Below, one piece after another: positions 37,553 through 48,284 of a DNA stretch of 64,000 bases. How positions within the stretch are numbered: position 1 is the first letter of the stretch; the number at the start of each line of letters is the position of its first letter. Under the pieces are notes generated by a model that saw only the letters and a program-made list of their open reading frames with translations, was not told where the DNA came from and did not search any database. The stretch comes from a virus. The position numbers and the translations under genes are program-made. Location: the IMG/VR virus record IMGVR_UViG_3300025875_000003, positions 60,314-124,313 of that record. One strand, 5' to 3'.

Positions 37553-40500
37553 ATGGCTGAGGCAGAGGAAACTCGGGTACTCTATAAGGCCATTGCCGAC
37601 TTTTCTGAACTTGCACGTAAGACTCGTGAGGCGCGCAAGGAACTTCGTGAACTAAAGGCAGAGGAAGCCGCGCTTAATGCTTCCTCTGCTCGTGGTTCAG
37701 ATACTGCTACGCGGGCTTCTCGCAGACGAGTAGCCGCAGCACACGAAGAAGCAGATGCGGTTCAAGATGTAGCGGAAGCCGCTGAGGAAGCAGCAGATGC
37801 CACCGAAGACCACGCTCGTGCCAGTGAGCATGCTGCTGATGCTACGAGACGCTCTGTAAGAGCGTCTCGTGCTCAGGGCGATTCTATTTCTTTTTTGAAT
37901 CGACTTTTGTCTCAGGCTCGTACGCGCTGTGACGCCTTTAACAGTACTCTTGATCGAACCTCTTCTAGCCAGCGCAGAAATCGCAATGAGTCTAATGCGC
38001 TTGGACGTACTTTTGATCAGGTTCAGCGTCAGGCTACTTCTCTAAACCGTTCTCTGAATAGGCTCGGTAACTGGCGTCCGCGTCTTCGTCCTCCCTTCAT
38101 TGCTCTGATTCCCATCATTGCTGCCGTCCTGGCACTGATTAATCCTCTGGTGGCGGGGTTGGGCGCGGTTGGCGCTGCCGCGTTTGGCATGGGTTCTAGT
38201 ATCGCCTCCATTGCAGGTGCTGCGCTTTCTGTTGTGCCTGCTCTGATGACGTTGCTTTCTGTAGTAGGCGCGTTGAAGATGGCCTTCGGTGGAATTGGCA
38301 AGGTCTTCAAGGCCAACACTGCCATGAAGGACGCTCAACAGAATGCAGGCGTGAGCGCCGGGGATGATAACAGAGTAGAACTTACTCGTGCTGAGCAGTT
38401 GGAACGAGCATGGGAACGTTATCGTCGCACCATTCAGGATGTGCAGTACGCTCAGGAAGACCTTTCTGAGGCTCGTGAGGGCTACACCAAGCGCATCGAA
38501 GAGATGCGTAGGGCAGTAGAGCGTGCAGCGCTTTCTGAGGCCCGCGCGGCGGCAGATGCTCAGTTGGCTCGTGAGAACTACGCCAACATTCTTGCTGACC
38601 CTGGCTCGACTAAGGGTCAGAAGATGGAGGCAGCGGCCAGCCTTGAAGAGGCTAAGGCCGCCATCGTGGACGTGCGGGAAGAAAACCGCACCAACGCTAA
38701 GGAACTGGCCAAGGCACAGGCTACCGGCGTTGATGGCGACCGCGATGTAATCTTGGCCAAGCGCCGGGTTACTGACGCTATTAATGCTCAGCGTGATGCG
38801 TACATCGACATTCAGAATGTAGGCAGAGAAACCGAGACGGGCACTCTTGCCGCAGCCAGAGCAGTTAATGAGTATCAAGATGCTCTCAACGAGTTGTCGC
38901 CTTCAGCACGGGCAACAGTGCTCGCGCTCTTGGGGATGTCGGATGCCTGGAAGACGGTACGCCGTAACGTTCAGGAAGCATTTTTCCGCGAGGTAGTTGA
39001 CGACATTCAGTTGTTGCGGCGTCTGTTTCCGTCGCTGGAGTCCATGCTTACCGCTACGGCCACTGCTATGGGTAAGGTTGCGGATGCAGGGCTCCGCCTG
39101 GTCACCAGCGACGAGTGGCTGAAAGATATTGAGGCTCTTGGCCCGCAGAACGCAGAGATCATCGCGTCCTTGGGCGCGGCCTTTTTGTATGTGCTAGACA
39201 TCATTCGGGATCTCACCATTGCTGTAGGTCCCTTTGCGCAAGGTCTTGCAGATGGTATGAGAGACGGCGCTGCCAATATGGCGGAGTTGGTATCTACATC
39301 GCGGGATACTGGCAGGCTGGCTAATTGGCTCGAAACAGTCAATGAGCGAATGGGTCAGTGGTGGCGCATTGTTAAGAACATTGGCGCTACGCTCTTTAAT
39401 TTTGGCGCAGCGGCGGGTGATTTCGGTCAGTGGATTACAGATGCCTTTGAGAATGTAACGGAAGGATGGTTGGAGGCTTCCAGGTCTTCTCGTGAAGAGG
39501 GATCTACTTTTAAGAAGTATCTGGAAGATATCAAGCCCTTGCTGTCAGAAGTCGGCGGCTTGATGGGGGACTTTTTCCAGTGGTTTGGGGAAGAGTCTGC
39601 AGACGAGACCAACATCAATACGATGACGGATCTTGTTAAGATTCTTCGTGAAGATCTTGGTCCCGCTTTTTCGGGCATCTTGGAGACTCTGACAGACTCG
39701 GGTATTGCTCAACAATTCTTCGACGCCCTTGCTTCTGTTTTGGAGGCTGTACAAACATTCCTAGATAACGGGGGTGCAGAAGGTATTGGAGCCTTCTGGA
39801 AGGTTGCTGAGGTCTTTTTCGAGGCCATTTCTGACTTGATTGCCAGTACCCCTGCTCCTGTGATTCAGGCCATTGCTACGGCATTCGGTGTTCTGGCTGC
39901 TTTGAAGTTCTTTGGCCTTCTGAAGGTATTGGGGCTGATGCTGGCCCTGGTTAACCACCGAAACCTCAGGGGCCTTCTAGGCGGCATTGCGCGCGCTGCG
40001 GGGGGTGCCCTGGGTGTAGGTGCTGGTGCGGCTGCCGCAGGCGGCGCAGGGGTAGGCGCTGGTGCAGCGGCTGCTGGTGCGGCTGCGGGCGCTACCCGGC
40101 GTTCTATTCGTGACGCAGAGCGTCGTGCTGCCCGAGGTAGTCGAATTGTCGGCGGGGCCAAGGGTGGTATTGCTGGGTTGGCTGCCGCTATTGCTGCGGA
40201 GTTGCTGAAGGATGAGCAGGGTGGCACGAGAGACACTGCGGGCTCTTTGCTGGGTGGTGCCGCGACTGGAGCAGGTGTTGGAGCGCTGGTAGGTTCTGTC
40301 GTCCCCGGGGTGGGGACGGCTGCAGGGGCTGTCGTGGGCGGTGTAGTCGGCACTGGTGCTGCGGCTGCTGGAGTAGATACTTCGCAGTGGCGCACTACCG
40401 CCGAGGAGATGGGCCGGTCCTGGGACAGGGATGTAATTAAGCCCTTCAACGAGGCTAATGACAACGTTGAGAATTGGTGGACAGAGAACGTCACTAAGCC

Positions 40501-41953
40501 CTTCAAGGCAAAGGCAGGTGAGATCGGTGATTGGTGGCGTCGTGAAGTAATTCAGCCCTTCAATCAGGCTAATGACAATATTGAGCGCTGGTGGCGGGAG
40601 AACGTTGTAACTCCCTTCAGTGCTTTTGGCTCGGCCATGGGGCGAGGATGGGATCAACTAGTCGTCCAGCCCCTCAGCCAAGCAGGAGAAAACATCTCCA
40701 GATGGTGGAACGAGAGTGTTGTTAGAACCTTCACCGATGCTGGAGACAGAGTATCTCGTTGGTGGAATGAAAGTGTTGTCACTAACTGGCAAATTGCCGC
40801 CAACAACGTTTCTACGTGGTGGAATGAAAGTGTAGTCAAGACTTTTACGGACGCCGGGAATAGAGTATCGCGTTGGTGGAATGAGAACGTTGTCACTAAC
40901 TGGCAAATTGCTGCGGACAATGTATCTCGTTGGTGGAATGATAACGTTGTGCGTACCTTCACAGACGCGGGGGAGAGAGTATCGCGTTGGTGGAATGAGA
41001 ACGTTGTCACTAACTGGCAAATTGCCGCCAACAACGTTTCTACGTGGTGGAATGACAATGTTGTTCGTACCTTCACCGATGCCGGAGACAGAGTATCTCG
41101 TTGGTGGAATGAAAGTGTTATCACAACTTTCCAAATCGCAGGCAATAACATTTCCACGTGGTGGAATGAAAGTGTTGTGGCTCGCTGGGTCAGCATTGCA
41201 GACGGGATCGGAACTTGGTGGCAGAATAATGTAACGGACAAGTGGGAAAGTGCCACTACTGGTATTTCTGAATTTGTTGCTAAGATGAAGAAGATTGACT
41301 TTTCAGATGCCCTCACCGACTTCTTCAGCGGAATGTTCCGGGGTGACGGACCTGGCGCGAACGCACCAGGAGCGAAGGGCGGTAGCACTCTAGAGAAAGT
41401 CAAGAACGTTCTGCCCCGTGGCGCAACGGTTACTTCGACGTACAGAACTCCTGCGCAGAACCGCGCGGTGGGCGGCGTGCCGGGCTCTTACCACACAGAC
41501 AAGAAGAACCCAGCGGTGGACATCGCAGGCTCGGTTCCTGTGATGGACGCTGTTTATGCCCGACTTCGTGCCATTGGAGGATGGCGGGAACTTCTCTACA
41601 AGGTGCGCGGCCATTACGACCACGTACACGTAGCCCACCAGGGTGGCATTGTCTCCCCCTCGTGGCATCGTTCGCCGGGTGACAAGCCAGATGAGCGCAC
41701 GACTCGGTTGCAGGTAGGAGAGGCTGTTGTTTCTAAGCAATTGGTCCCTCAGTTCTTGGCTGGTCGCAATGTCAACCGCCCTAAGAATTCTTCGTTTGCA
41801 AACAATTCTGGTGTTGCGCCTACGGTAATTGATCAGAGTGTTACCGTGCAGCAGTTGATTGTGCAGAATCCGGAACGCGAGACCGCAAGTGATTCGCTGC
41901 CGCGTACGATTCGCAAGGTGGCGCACATGGGAGCAGGTAAGACAAATGGCTGA
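37553..41953 (+). CDS. Tape measure protein with Trp repeats and a C-terminal M15-type peptidase domain
   Basis: About 1466 aa, Ala/Gly-rich helical; WWNE..V repeats; TSTYRTPAQNRAVGG..SYH..AVDI..HYDHVHV. Confidence 0.92.
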   Translation: MAEAEETRVLYKAIADFSELARKTREARKELRELKAEEAALNASSARGSDTATRASRRRVAAAHEEADAVQDVAEAAEEAADATEDHARASEHAADATRRSVRASRAQGDSISFLNRLLSQARTRCDAFNSTLDRTSSSQRRNRNESNALGRTFDQVQRQATSLNRSLNRLGNWRPRLRPPFIALIPIIAAVLALINPLVAGLGAVGAAAFGMGSSIASIAGAALSVVPALMTLLSVVGALKMAFGGIGKVFKANTAMKDAQQNAGVSAGDDNRVELTRAEQLERAWERYRRTIQDVQYAQEDLSEAREGYTKRIEEMRRAVERAALSEARAAADAQLARENYANILADPGSTKGQKMEAAASLEEAKAAIVDVREENRTNAKELAKAQATGVDGDRDVILAKRRVTDAINAQRDAYIDIQNVGRETETGTLAAARAVNEYQDALNELSPSARATVLALLGMSDAWKTVRRNVQEAFFREVVDDIQLLRRLFPSLESMLTATATAMGKVADAGLRLVTSDEWLKDIEALGPQNAEIIASLGAAFLYVLDIIRDLTIAVGPFAQGLADGMRDGAANMAELVSTSRDTGRLANWLETVNERMGQWWRIVKNIGATLFNFGAAAGDFGQWITDAFENVTEGWLEASRSSREEGSTFKKYLEDIKPLLSEVGGLMGDFFQWFGEESADETNINTMTDLVKILREDLGPAFSGILETLTDSGIAQQFFDALASVLEAVQTFLDNGGAEGIGAFWKVAEVFFEAISDLIASTPAPVIQAIATAFGVLAALKFFGLLKVLGLMLALVNHRNLRGLLGGIARAAGGALGVGAGAAAAGGAGVGAGAAAAGAAAGATRRSIRDAERRAARGSRIVGGAKGGIAGLAAAIAAELLKDEQGGTRDTAGSLLGGAATGAGVGALVGSVVPGVGTAAGAVVGGVVGTGAAAAGVDTSQWRTTAEEMGRSWDRDVIKPFNEANDNVENWWTENVTKPFKAKAGEIGDWWRREVIQPFNQANDNIERWWRENVVTPFSAFGSAMGRGWDQLVVQPLSQAGENISRWWNESVVRTFTDAGDRVSRWWNESVVTNWQIAANNVSTWWNESVVKTFTDAGNRVSRWWNENVVTNWQIAADNVSRWWNDNVVRTFTDAGERVSRWWNENVVTNWQIAANNVSTWWNDNVVRTFTDAGDRVSRWWNESVITTFQIAGNNISTWWNESVVARWVSIADGIGTWWQNNVTDKWESATTGISEFVAKMKKIDFSDALTDFFSGMFRGDGPGANAPGAKGGSTLEKVKNVLPRGATVTSTYRTPAQNRAVGGVPGSYHTDKKNPAVDIAGSVPVMDAVYARLRAIGGWRELLYKVRGHYDHVHVAHQGGIVSPSWHRSPGDKPDERTTRLQVGEAVVSKQLVPQFLAGRNVNRPKNSSFANNSGVAPTVIDQSVTVQQLIVQNPERETASDSLPRTIRKVAHMGAGKTNG
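40440..41250 (+). repeat. 33/66-bp periodic repeats encoding 11/22-aa Trp-Trp units in the tape measure
   Basis: Recurring GTGGAATGA; near-identical blocks at about 40747-40830 and 40975-41055. Confidence 0.9.
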
Positions 41954-42842
41954 TTCGACAGAGACGTTCTGGTCCGTTGACGGTGTTTCTCTCCAGACTA
42001 TGGCGTGGAATATCACTTCCCTGGGCGGGGATCGCATGGCTCCGCCCAAGGTGCGTGGTGACGATGTTGTTATTCCTTATCAGCCGGGTGCTACGTTTCA
42101 GCCTAAGGTTCCCGACGTTAGAACCATTTCTTTGGGCATGTGGGTTATTGGCGCTGACGAGAATGGCCTGATTCCGCAAAATGAGAATGCTCGTCGCACG
42201 TTTGACCGTAATTGGCAGAAGTTGCGCAAGTTGTTGTGGCGATATCGTCAAGAGTTTACGTTGGGTAAGCGGTTCTGGGTGCCTTCTGCCGACTTGGTTT
42301 CGGCAGGTGCGCAGAGCCAGGCCATTAGGACCGAAGGCGGGTGGTCTTTGATCTATGCGGAGACCAAGGCTTACTTTGTGGATGGTTTGGCCCCACAAAT
42401 GGCCGGTCCTGCCCGCGCGTCTTTTACTGTAGATTTGAGACTCTGTGATCCCTACTTTTACAGTGCGCCTATTTCTAAGTCTTTTACTGTAGCATCTCCG
42501 ACTCAGAGTCTCAGCGTACTGGGAGACGATAGAACTCATAATATCTCTATCTCTTTTGGTGGGCCGCTAACTAATCCACGTATGACTGCTACCAATTATT
42601 CAGGTACGCCGTATTTCGAGTACGGCGCTGCCTTGGTTTCGGGAGCAGTGGCTGAAGCAGATGTTAAGAATTTCAAGATCCAGAAGACACAAAGTGGAGT
42701 GGTATCTCCTGTATCTGGGTATGCCAAGAATTCTGGAAGCAAGTTCTGGTTTTATCTTGATCCAGGTTCTGCGAATCTTCATCTTTCCGTGACTAGTGGT
42801 ACTGGATCTGCTAATCTGTCATATAGACCAGCATGGCTGTAA
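41946..42842 (+). CDS. Distal tail protein (Dit)
   Basis: Follows the tape measure; RTISLGMWV, FTVDLRLCDPYFY, GDDRT..GPLTNP. Confidence 0.8.
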   Translation: MADSTETFWSVDGVSLQTMAWNITSLGGDRMAPPKVRGDDVVIPYQPGATFQPKVPDVRTISLGMWVIGADENGLIPQNENARRTFDRNWQKLRKLLWRYRQEFTLGKRFWVPSADLVSAGAQSQAIRTEGGWSLIYAETKAYFVDGLAPQMAGPARASFTVDLRLCDPYFYSAPISKSFTVASPTQSLSVLGDDRTHNISISFGGPLTNPRMTATNYSGTPYFEYGAALVSGAVAEADVKNFKIQKTQSGVVSPVSGYAKNSGSKFWFYLDPGSANLHLSVTSGTGSANLSYRPAWL

Positions 42843-42873
42843 AGGTCAAGAATAAAGCCCTTGGAGGCTCGCA

Positions 42874-45800
42874 GTGACTGCTCCTACTCCCGGTACTGGA
42901 TTTCAGGCCGAGGTTTACTCCTTCGCTGACCCCAAGACATTGCTTGATTTCCTGCCTAGGCGTACGCAGTTTACAAGTCTAGAAGAGATTAAGAATGTGG
43001 GCGGTGGCTCAGTAGCAGTTCTAGCCAATGATCCTAGTATCGTAGAGAACCCTGCTCTTCTGGAGTACCAGAATGTAGTTAAGGTTAAGCATGATGGTAA
43101 GGTCACAGGAGCCTTCTTGATCCAAAATCAGGAGTCTGTGACGGTAAGTGCGGGAGAGCATGCAGATGAGGCTTACCTGCTCTCTGGAGAGGGTTTGCGA
43201 GCCTGGTTCCGCATGGCCCAGGTTTATCCTCTGGGTGGCCTAGAAGTTGATTCGCCGGATTCTCGTAGGTTTTCATATACCACGCCAAGAGGAACGTGGT
43301 ATGACGTAGCGCGTTGGGTTACTCCGAGCGCTATTCAGCAGTACAACATGGACCCCAATGATGGTCCCTTCGGTACCGCTCCTGCTCAGTGGCCCGATAT
43401 CCCCAGCGCTAAGTGGATCTGGGGCCAAGCGGGTACGGGCAATGCTGCGGCGGGCATGAACTATTTCCGGTATGAGTTTTCAACGCAGGCCGGACAATCC
43501 AGCAAGCATTCCCTGTTTGCTGCTGCCCGCAGCAGTATGACCGTGTATCTTGACGGTGAGCAGATTATGCAGACCGAAGCAGATGACTGGTTCTCCACCA
43601 TGCGCTCTGACTTTACTCTTAAGCCGGGAGCACACGTACTGGCAGTGGCCGCGAAGGCGGATGACGGGCACCCCGCAGGTTTGATTGCGGCGCTGTTTAG
43701 AGACAACATTCTTCTAACTGCCACGGGAGCCGAGGACGCGACTAACTGGAAGGTTAACGCCTATCCTACCCAAGCGCCTGGCTGGACCGTTGGAGAGATC
43801 ATTCTGACGCTCCTGGACGAGGCCCAAGATCGAGGCGTGTTGTTCCCGGGTTGGCTTACGCCTACGTTCACTGAGAAAGAAGATTCTTACGGCAACGCCT
43901 GGGGAACTTCTCTCGATTGGGTGTTTGACACGGGTACGGAGTTGATTGATGTCATTGCTCAAATGGAGGAAGTGGGCGTAGATCTTTGGATTGACCCGGA
44001 CACTTATGAGTTGCACATGGCGGGTACTCGTGGTGCGGATAAGTCAGTGCAGTCAAACACGGCCGAGCCTGTGGCTTTGCGTATCGGTAAGAACCTGTCT
44101 CGTGCCGAGCAGCGCGGGAAGTCTGAACTGAAGAACACTCTTTCGGTCAAGACGGACTCAGGGTGGTTTGTTCAGCAGGATTCTGCCACAGCCTCCGTCT
44201 CCAAGTACGGTCGCGTAGAGGGTCTTCTTTCCACCAACCTTAATCCTGAACTGTCTCGTCAGGTATCAAAGGTTGTATTTGAGCAGAAAGCGCTGCCGTG
44301 GACGGCGAGTACATACTCTCTGGTACCCGTGGCGGGCGCTGTGCCGTACGAAGATTTTGAGGTCGGGGACTGGGTACTAGCGCCCAACAAGAGTGGTGTG
44401 CTGGAGCGAGTTCGTGTGCTCTCCTTGTCCATCTCGGAGTCTAGCCCCACGGGCTCTGCTTCTTATGCTATCGAGTTCGGCACCATCGCTGAGGACATGG
44501 AAGACCGTTTCAACCGTTGGCTGCGCGGCCTGAACAAGGGTTCGTTGTCTGGGTCTGTGATGAACTCCAGTCCTATCACTTCCCGCCCTCCCAGCACAGG
44601 TTCTCCGGTTGATACTGGCGACGTAATGAGAATTCCTGCCGCGCCTACAGGGTTGTCTGTGTCATCTTCCGCGTATATCAGTGATACGGGCTTTCCTAAC
44701 GGCCGTCTCACTGTTTCTTGGAATGCGGTAATTCTTGCTACGAACAATACGGCCATGTCTATTTTTGGGTATGACGTTGCTGTTAGACGCAATGAGGGCG
44801 GTGCTCCATGGATTATTGTCCTTAGTACCAATGGTACTCAGGCAGTGCACGCTCCTGTGGAAACAGGAATTTCAGTGCAGGTCATGGTGCGCGCACGCGG
44901 TGAGCACTCTACACGACCCGGGTTGTGGTCAGATGTGGTTACGCTTACTGTGGAGAAGGACACTGTTCCACCTGCTGTGCCCTCTGTGCCTATTCTGACC
45001 ACACGGTTGGGTACCATTCGCGTTGATTGGGATGGTAAGACCGCCTCGTCTGGTACTATGCCATCTGATTTTGCTAATGTCGAAGTAGCCATGGGTACTA
45101 CAAATATGCCCACCGAGGTCATTGATACACTCTTTGGTCGAGGGTTTACAGTAGTCACCGATCAGCCGTATGATGCGCTGCGGTATTTTAGATTTCGCGC
45201 CAAGGATCATTCTGGAAATTATTCTCAGTGGTCGCCTGTGGCATCTATTGCGACAAAGTCTTTGGTCGATGCTGATTTGGTAGACACTACCATCAGCGAG
45301 CAGTTCGATCAGATTCAAGAAGATATTGCTACGGTTAACCAAACTGCAGGCGCGGGTCGCATCACCACCTCTCCCAACGCGCCTGTTGTGGCAGATGCTG
45401 AAGGTAAGGTTGATGGTGCTCTTTGGTATCGGTACGCCAACAACGAGTTGATTGGTATTTGGCGTCTTCAAGGAGATGAGGGCTTTTGGGTGACCATGCC
45501 TCTGTCTCGAACGTTCATTCCTCAGTTGGATATTGGTTCAGGCACCTTTGGTGACCTGGATGGTGTGCGTATCAAGGCTCACACTATTTCTACCAATTCT
45601 CTTGCAATCGGCGTGGCTGAGAACTATATCGTAGATCCCACATTTGCCGACGCAGAGTTGCGGGCAACTAGACTGCAACGGTTTCCAGATGATCCTGTCA
45701 ATTTTATTGATTTTGTGGATCAATCTTCTTCGGCTAATTCTCTTAGACTGTCTTACTCAGATGAGGGTAAGACCGTAAACGGATACTTTGGAGCCACTGG

Positions 45801-47025
45801 AGAACTTGACGGAGAGATTCCCGTTACGCCGGGCCAGGTTCTTTCTGTAGGAGTTTGGGTACGGGGCCATAGTACTGTAAGGTGGTGGTTCAGTGGTTAC
45901 GTTCGTCATGCTTCTGGTGCCATCACCCATGCTAATCTGGGCATGCCTTATCGAGCCCCTAACTCTATTTCTTCATGGGTGAGCCACGAATGGGTTGCTC
46001 CGTCTACGGCGGTGGGGTTTACCCTCCTGGTACAGCGGGCAGTGCCGGGGACTAATGGAGACACTTCTGTCGCTGGAACCTGGGTACAGTTCGAGCAACC
46101 TTCTGTCCGTAATGTTGTGCCCGGAGTACTTATCGCAGGTGGCGCTGTTACGGCAGATAAGATTGCGTCAAATGCCGTTACGGCACTAAAGATTGCCGCT
46201 AATGCTGTAACGGCTGACAGCATCGATGCGGGTGCGGTAACTACCGTCAAGTTGGCAGCAGATGCGGTTACCGCATCGAAGATAGATGCGGACGCAATTA
46301 CTGCTAAGCACACTCTGACAGGTGCTACGATACAGACCTCTGCTACCAGTGCCCGTGGTATCAAGATCAACAACTCTACTGGTTTTACGGCCTACGATTC
46401 CCTGGGCCGCACAGCGATGTCCATCTCCACCACCGGCTCCATTGTGATGATTGGTACTATCCAAACAGGAGTCGGAGATAACCAGGTTGTGATCTCGGAT
46501 GGTATCTTTAGAGGCCGTCCAGGGGTTCGGTTTGATACGGGGTCTACTGATGCGGTACAGCCTACTGCGCAGTCATTGGGCGTCAACTCGTGGGGATTCC
46601 CTACAGGGTCTTTTGTTATCAATGGCAGAGAACAGGTACTTAACTCATCTGGTCGAGCAGACCTCGTACTGCATCATGGCGGGGATTTTACGCTTACTCA
46701 GAATTGGGGTACCAATTCTGACATTGGTATCTCTAAGGTCGGACAGAACCTCTTCCTTAGGGGAGCAATGACCGCAGGTCAGGTGGCGACATCTTTGTTC
46801 GTGCGCGGCTCTTCGCCGCAGACACAAGCACCTGATGGGTTTTTTACCTTCACTTATGGAGCACCCGCAAAGAATGGTTACCGCCGAGCAATGATTACGG
46901 CAGACGGAAATAGCGGCATCCAGTTGTCTACTAGGAATTTGTCTCCTTCGGGGTTCGTCGCTAATTTTGCGGGTCCGGCCAATAACAACACGTCCGTGGG
47001 CTATCTGGCTTACTGGGAGGGATGA
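42874..47025 (+). CDS. Minor tail / Tal-central fibre protein with FN3 domains
   Basis: 1383 aa; PAAPTGLSV..LTVSWN; DTVPPAVPS..RVDWDG; AVTADKIAANA repeats. Confidence 0.8.
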   Translation: MTAPTPGTGFQAEVYSFADPKTLLDFLPRRTQFTSLEEIKNVGGGSVAVLANDPSIVENPALLEYQNVVKVKHDGKVTGAFLIQNQESVTVSAGEHADEAYLLSGEGLRAWFRMAQVYPLGGLEVDSPDSRRFSYTTPRGTWYDVARWVTPSAIQQYNMDPNDGPFGTAPAQWPDIPSAKWIWGQAGTGNAAAGMNYFRYEFSTQAGQSSKHSLFAAARSSMTVYLDGEQIMQTEADDWFSTMRSDFTLKPGAHVLAVAAKADDGHPAGLIAALFRDNILLTATGAEDATNWKVNAYPTQAPGWTVGEIILTLLDEAQDRGVLFPGWLTPTFTEKEDSYGNAWGTSLDWVFDTGTELIDVIAQMEEVGVDLWIDPDTYELHMAGTRGADKSVQSNTAEPVALRIGKNLSRAEQRGKSELKNTLSVKTDSGWFVQQDSATASVSKYGRVEGLLSTNLNPELSRQVSKVVFEQKALPWTASTYSLVPVAGAVPYEDFEVGDWVLAPNKSGVLERVRVLSLSISESSPTGSASYAIEFGTIAEDMEDRFNRWLRGLNKGSLSGSVMNSSPITSRPPSTGSPVDTGDVMRIPAAPTGLSVSSSAYISDTGFPNGRLTVSWNAVILATNNTAMSIFGYDVAVRRNEGGAPWIIVLSTNGTQAVHAPVETGISVQVMVRARGEHSTRPGLWSDVVTLTVEKDTVPPAVPSVPILTTRLGTIRVDWDGKTASSGTMPSDFANVEVAMGTTNMPTEVIDTLFGRGFTVVTDQPYDALRYFRFRAKDHSGNYSQWSPVASIATKSLVDADLVDTTISEQFDQIQEDIATVNQTAGAGRITTSPNAPVVADAEGKVDGALWYRYANNELIGIWRLQGDEGFWVTMPLSRTFIPQLDIGSGTFGDLDGVRIKAHTISTNSLAIGVAENYIVDPTFADAELRATRLQRFPDDPVNFIDFVDQSSSANSLRLSYSDEGKTVNGYFGATGELDGEIPVTPGQVLSVGVWVRGHSTVRWWFSGYVRHASGAITHANLGMPYRAPNSISSWVSHEWVAPSTAVGFTLLVQRAVPGTNGDTSVAGTWVQFEQPSVRNVVPGVLIAGGAVTADKIASNAVTALKIAANAVTADSIDAGAVTTVKLAADAVTASKIDADAITAKHTLTGATIQTSATSARGIKINNSTGFTAYDSLGRTAMSISTTGSIVMIGTIQTGVGDNQVVISDGIFRGRPGVRFDTGSTDAVQPTAQSLGVNSWGFPTGSFVINGREQVLNSSGRADLVLHHGGDFTLTQNWGTNSDIGISKVGQNLFLRGAMTAGQVATSLFVRGSSPQTQAPDGFFTFTYGAPAKNGYRRAMITADGNSGIQLSTRNLSPSGFVANFAGPANNNTSVGYLAYWEG

Positions 47026-47612
47026 TGGAAGGCAGAATTGAAATTCTTTATGGCTCTGAGTGTCTTATTCTTGAAGAAGAAACGACACGAGGCCTACATC
47101 AGCGGATCATTCCCTTGGATGCCGTGGCGTCTTGGTCTGAACTTCTTGGGTACGAAGATCCGGGCGATGCTCTGGATGCCATTTTGCAGGTACAGGATTT
47201 GGGCGAGCCCGCACCTGATCCGGAAACGGGCGAGAATGCATGGACGGAGCCTTATAGGTTGCTCATTGAAAAGCAGCAGGCGGTGACCAGAGTGCGCACA
47301 GTAGCCTCCGTAGAGCGCGCGCAGGGCCTAGACCCGCGCAGTTCTAATCTACGTGTTGCGTATGTGGCTTCTGAGGCCACTCCTGGCCTGGAAGAGGCTC
47401 GCAAGGGGGCTCGGGCACGGTTGGGTGTTAGGGAGCCGGGAAGTCCCAGCGCGCAGACTAGGGCTGTGTCCGATGCCGCTTTGACGGCCCTAGCAGAGTC
47501 CCCGGGGCTGACGCGAATTCGAGAGAGGCTGCGGACTGACCTTGCTGGTATTATTGAACAGAAGCGTGCGCGATTCCTGGCGCAAATTTCCCCAAGCGTA
47601 GAGGAGATCTAA
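47022..47612 (+). CDS. Hypothetical protein (tail region)
   Basis: 196-aa ORF coupled to the upstream gene. Confidence 0.7.
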   Translation: MMEGRIEILYGSECLILEEETTRGLHQRIIPLDAVASWSELLGYEDPGDALDAILQVQDLGEPAPDPETGENAWTEPYRLLIEKQQAVTRVRTVASVERAQGLDPRSSNLRVAYVASEATPGLEEARKGARARLGVREPGSPSAQTRAVSDAALTALAESPGLTRIRERLRTDLAGIIEQKRARFLAQISPSVEEI

Positions 47613-47738
47613 GTGGAAATCGAATCGTCTGATCTTATTCTTTCTCTGAGAGAACAACTGAGCAGTGCTCATTACCAGATTGCTCTTTTGAGTGCACAAC
47701 TTGCAAAGGTTCAGCGCGATTCTGGTGATAACGTATAG
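47613..47738 (+). CDS. Small coiled-coil protein (41 aa, absent from the ORF track)
   Basis: GAGGAG RBS, GTG start, VEIESSDLILSLREQLSSAHYQIALLSAQL. Confidence 0.6.
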   Translation: MEIESSDLILSLREQLSSAHYQIALLSAQLAKVQRDSGDNV

Positions 47739-47764
47739 TCATTAGGGTCTTCTGCTCATTGGCT

Positions 47765-47774
47765 GGTCGATAGT
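47765..47774 (+). promoter_or_regulatory. Putative late promoter motif GGTCGATAGT (copy 5)
   Basis: Intergenic, ahead of the lysis cassette; continues ACGAGT as in copy 1. Confidence 0.75.
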
Positions 47775-47822
47775 ACGAGTGAGGATAATCGATCCTCCGC
47801 ACTTGGGGAGGGGGCCACAAGC

Positions 47823-48284
47823 GTGTTGTACGCCGCTGTTGCTCCTGTCTTCCCGTGGTTGGATTCTTTGCCTGTAACGGGTATCACTGGTGTGGGCCTG
47901 GTTGTTCTACTGTACATTGGTCAAACTCGTGGTTGGTGGTATGTCAAGCCACAGGTAGACGATATGCGCAAGGCATGGGAAGCCCGTATTGAAGAGGCTC
48001 GTCATGACCGTGACGTTCGTGTAGAAGAGGTTCGCAGAGACCTTGAATCTCGACTTGCTGAAGTCCGTCAGGACAGAGATGCAAGAATCGCAGAAATTCA
48101 GCGTGCTTATGAAAAGCGACTTGAAGAAGCCGCACTAGAGCGAGATCACTACCGCGAGGCGGTTTCGGTGGGACAGGAAGCCCAAAGAGTCATGTTGGCT
48201 CAGATGGAAGACCTGATCGACGCCAACCGCACTTCGCACGCTGCTTTGGAGTCCATTGCACGTGCGGGAGGTGCGCAGACCTGA
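47823..48284 (+). CDS. Membrane-anchored coiled-coil protein (lysis cassette)
   Basis: N-terminal TM GITGVGLVVLLYIG followed by a charged coiled coil. Confidence 0.65.
   Translation: MLYAAVAPVFPWLDSLPVTGITGVGLVVLLYIGQTRGWWYVKPQVDDMRKAWEARIEEARHDRDVRVEEVRRDLESRLAEVRQDRDARIAEIQRAYEKRLEEAALERDHYREAVSVGQEAQRVMLAQMEDLIDANRTSHAALESIARAGGAQT

Noticed and set aside
40440-41250. CRISPR-like or DGR-like repeat array
   Set aside because: Repeats are in-frame, degenerate at wobble positions and encode tape-measure Trp repeats; no unique spacers, cas genes or reverse transcriptase
44680-44688. Minus-strand CGTATCACT copy
   Set aside because: No ACTTTC at the 17-bp spacing; inside a tail gene
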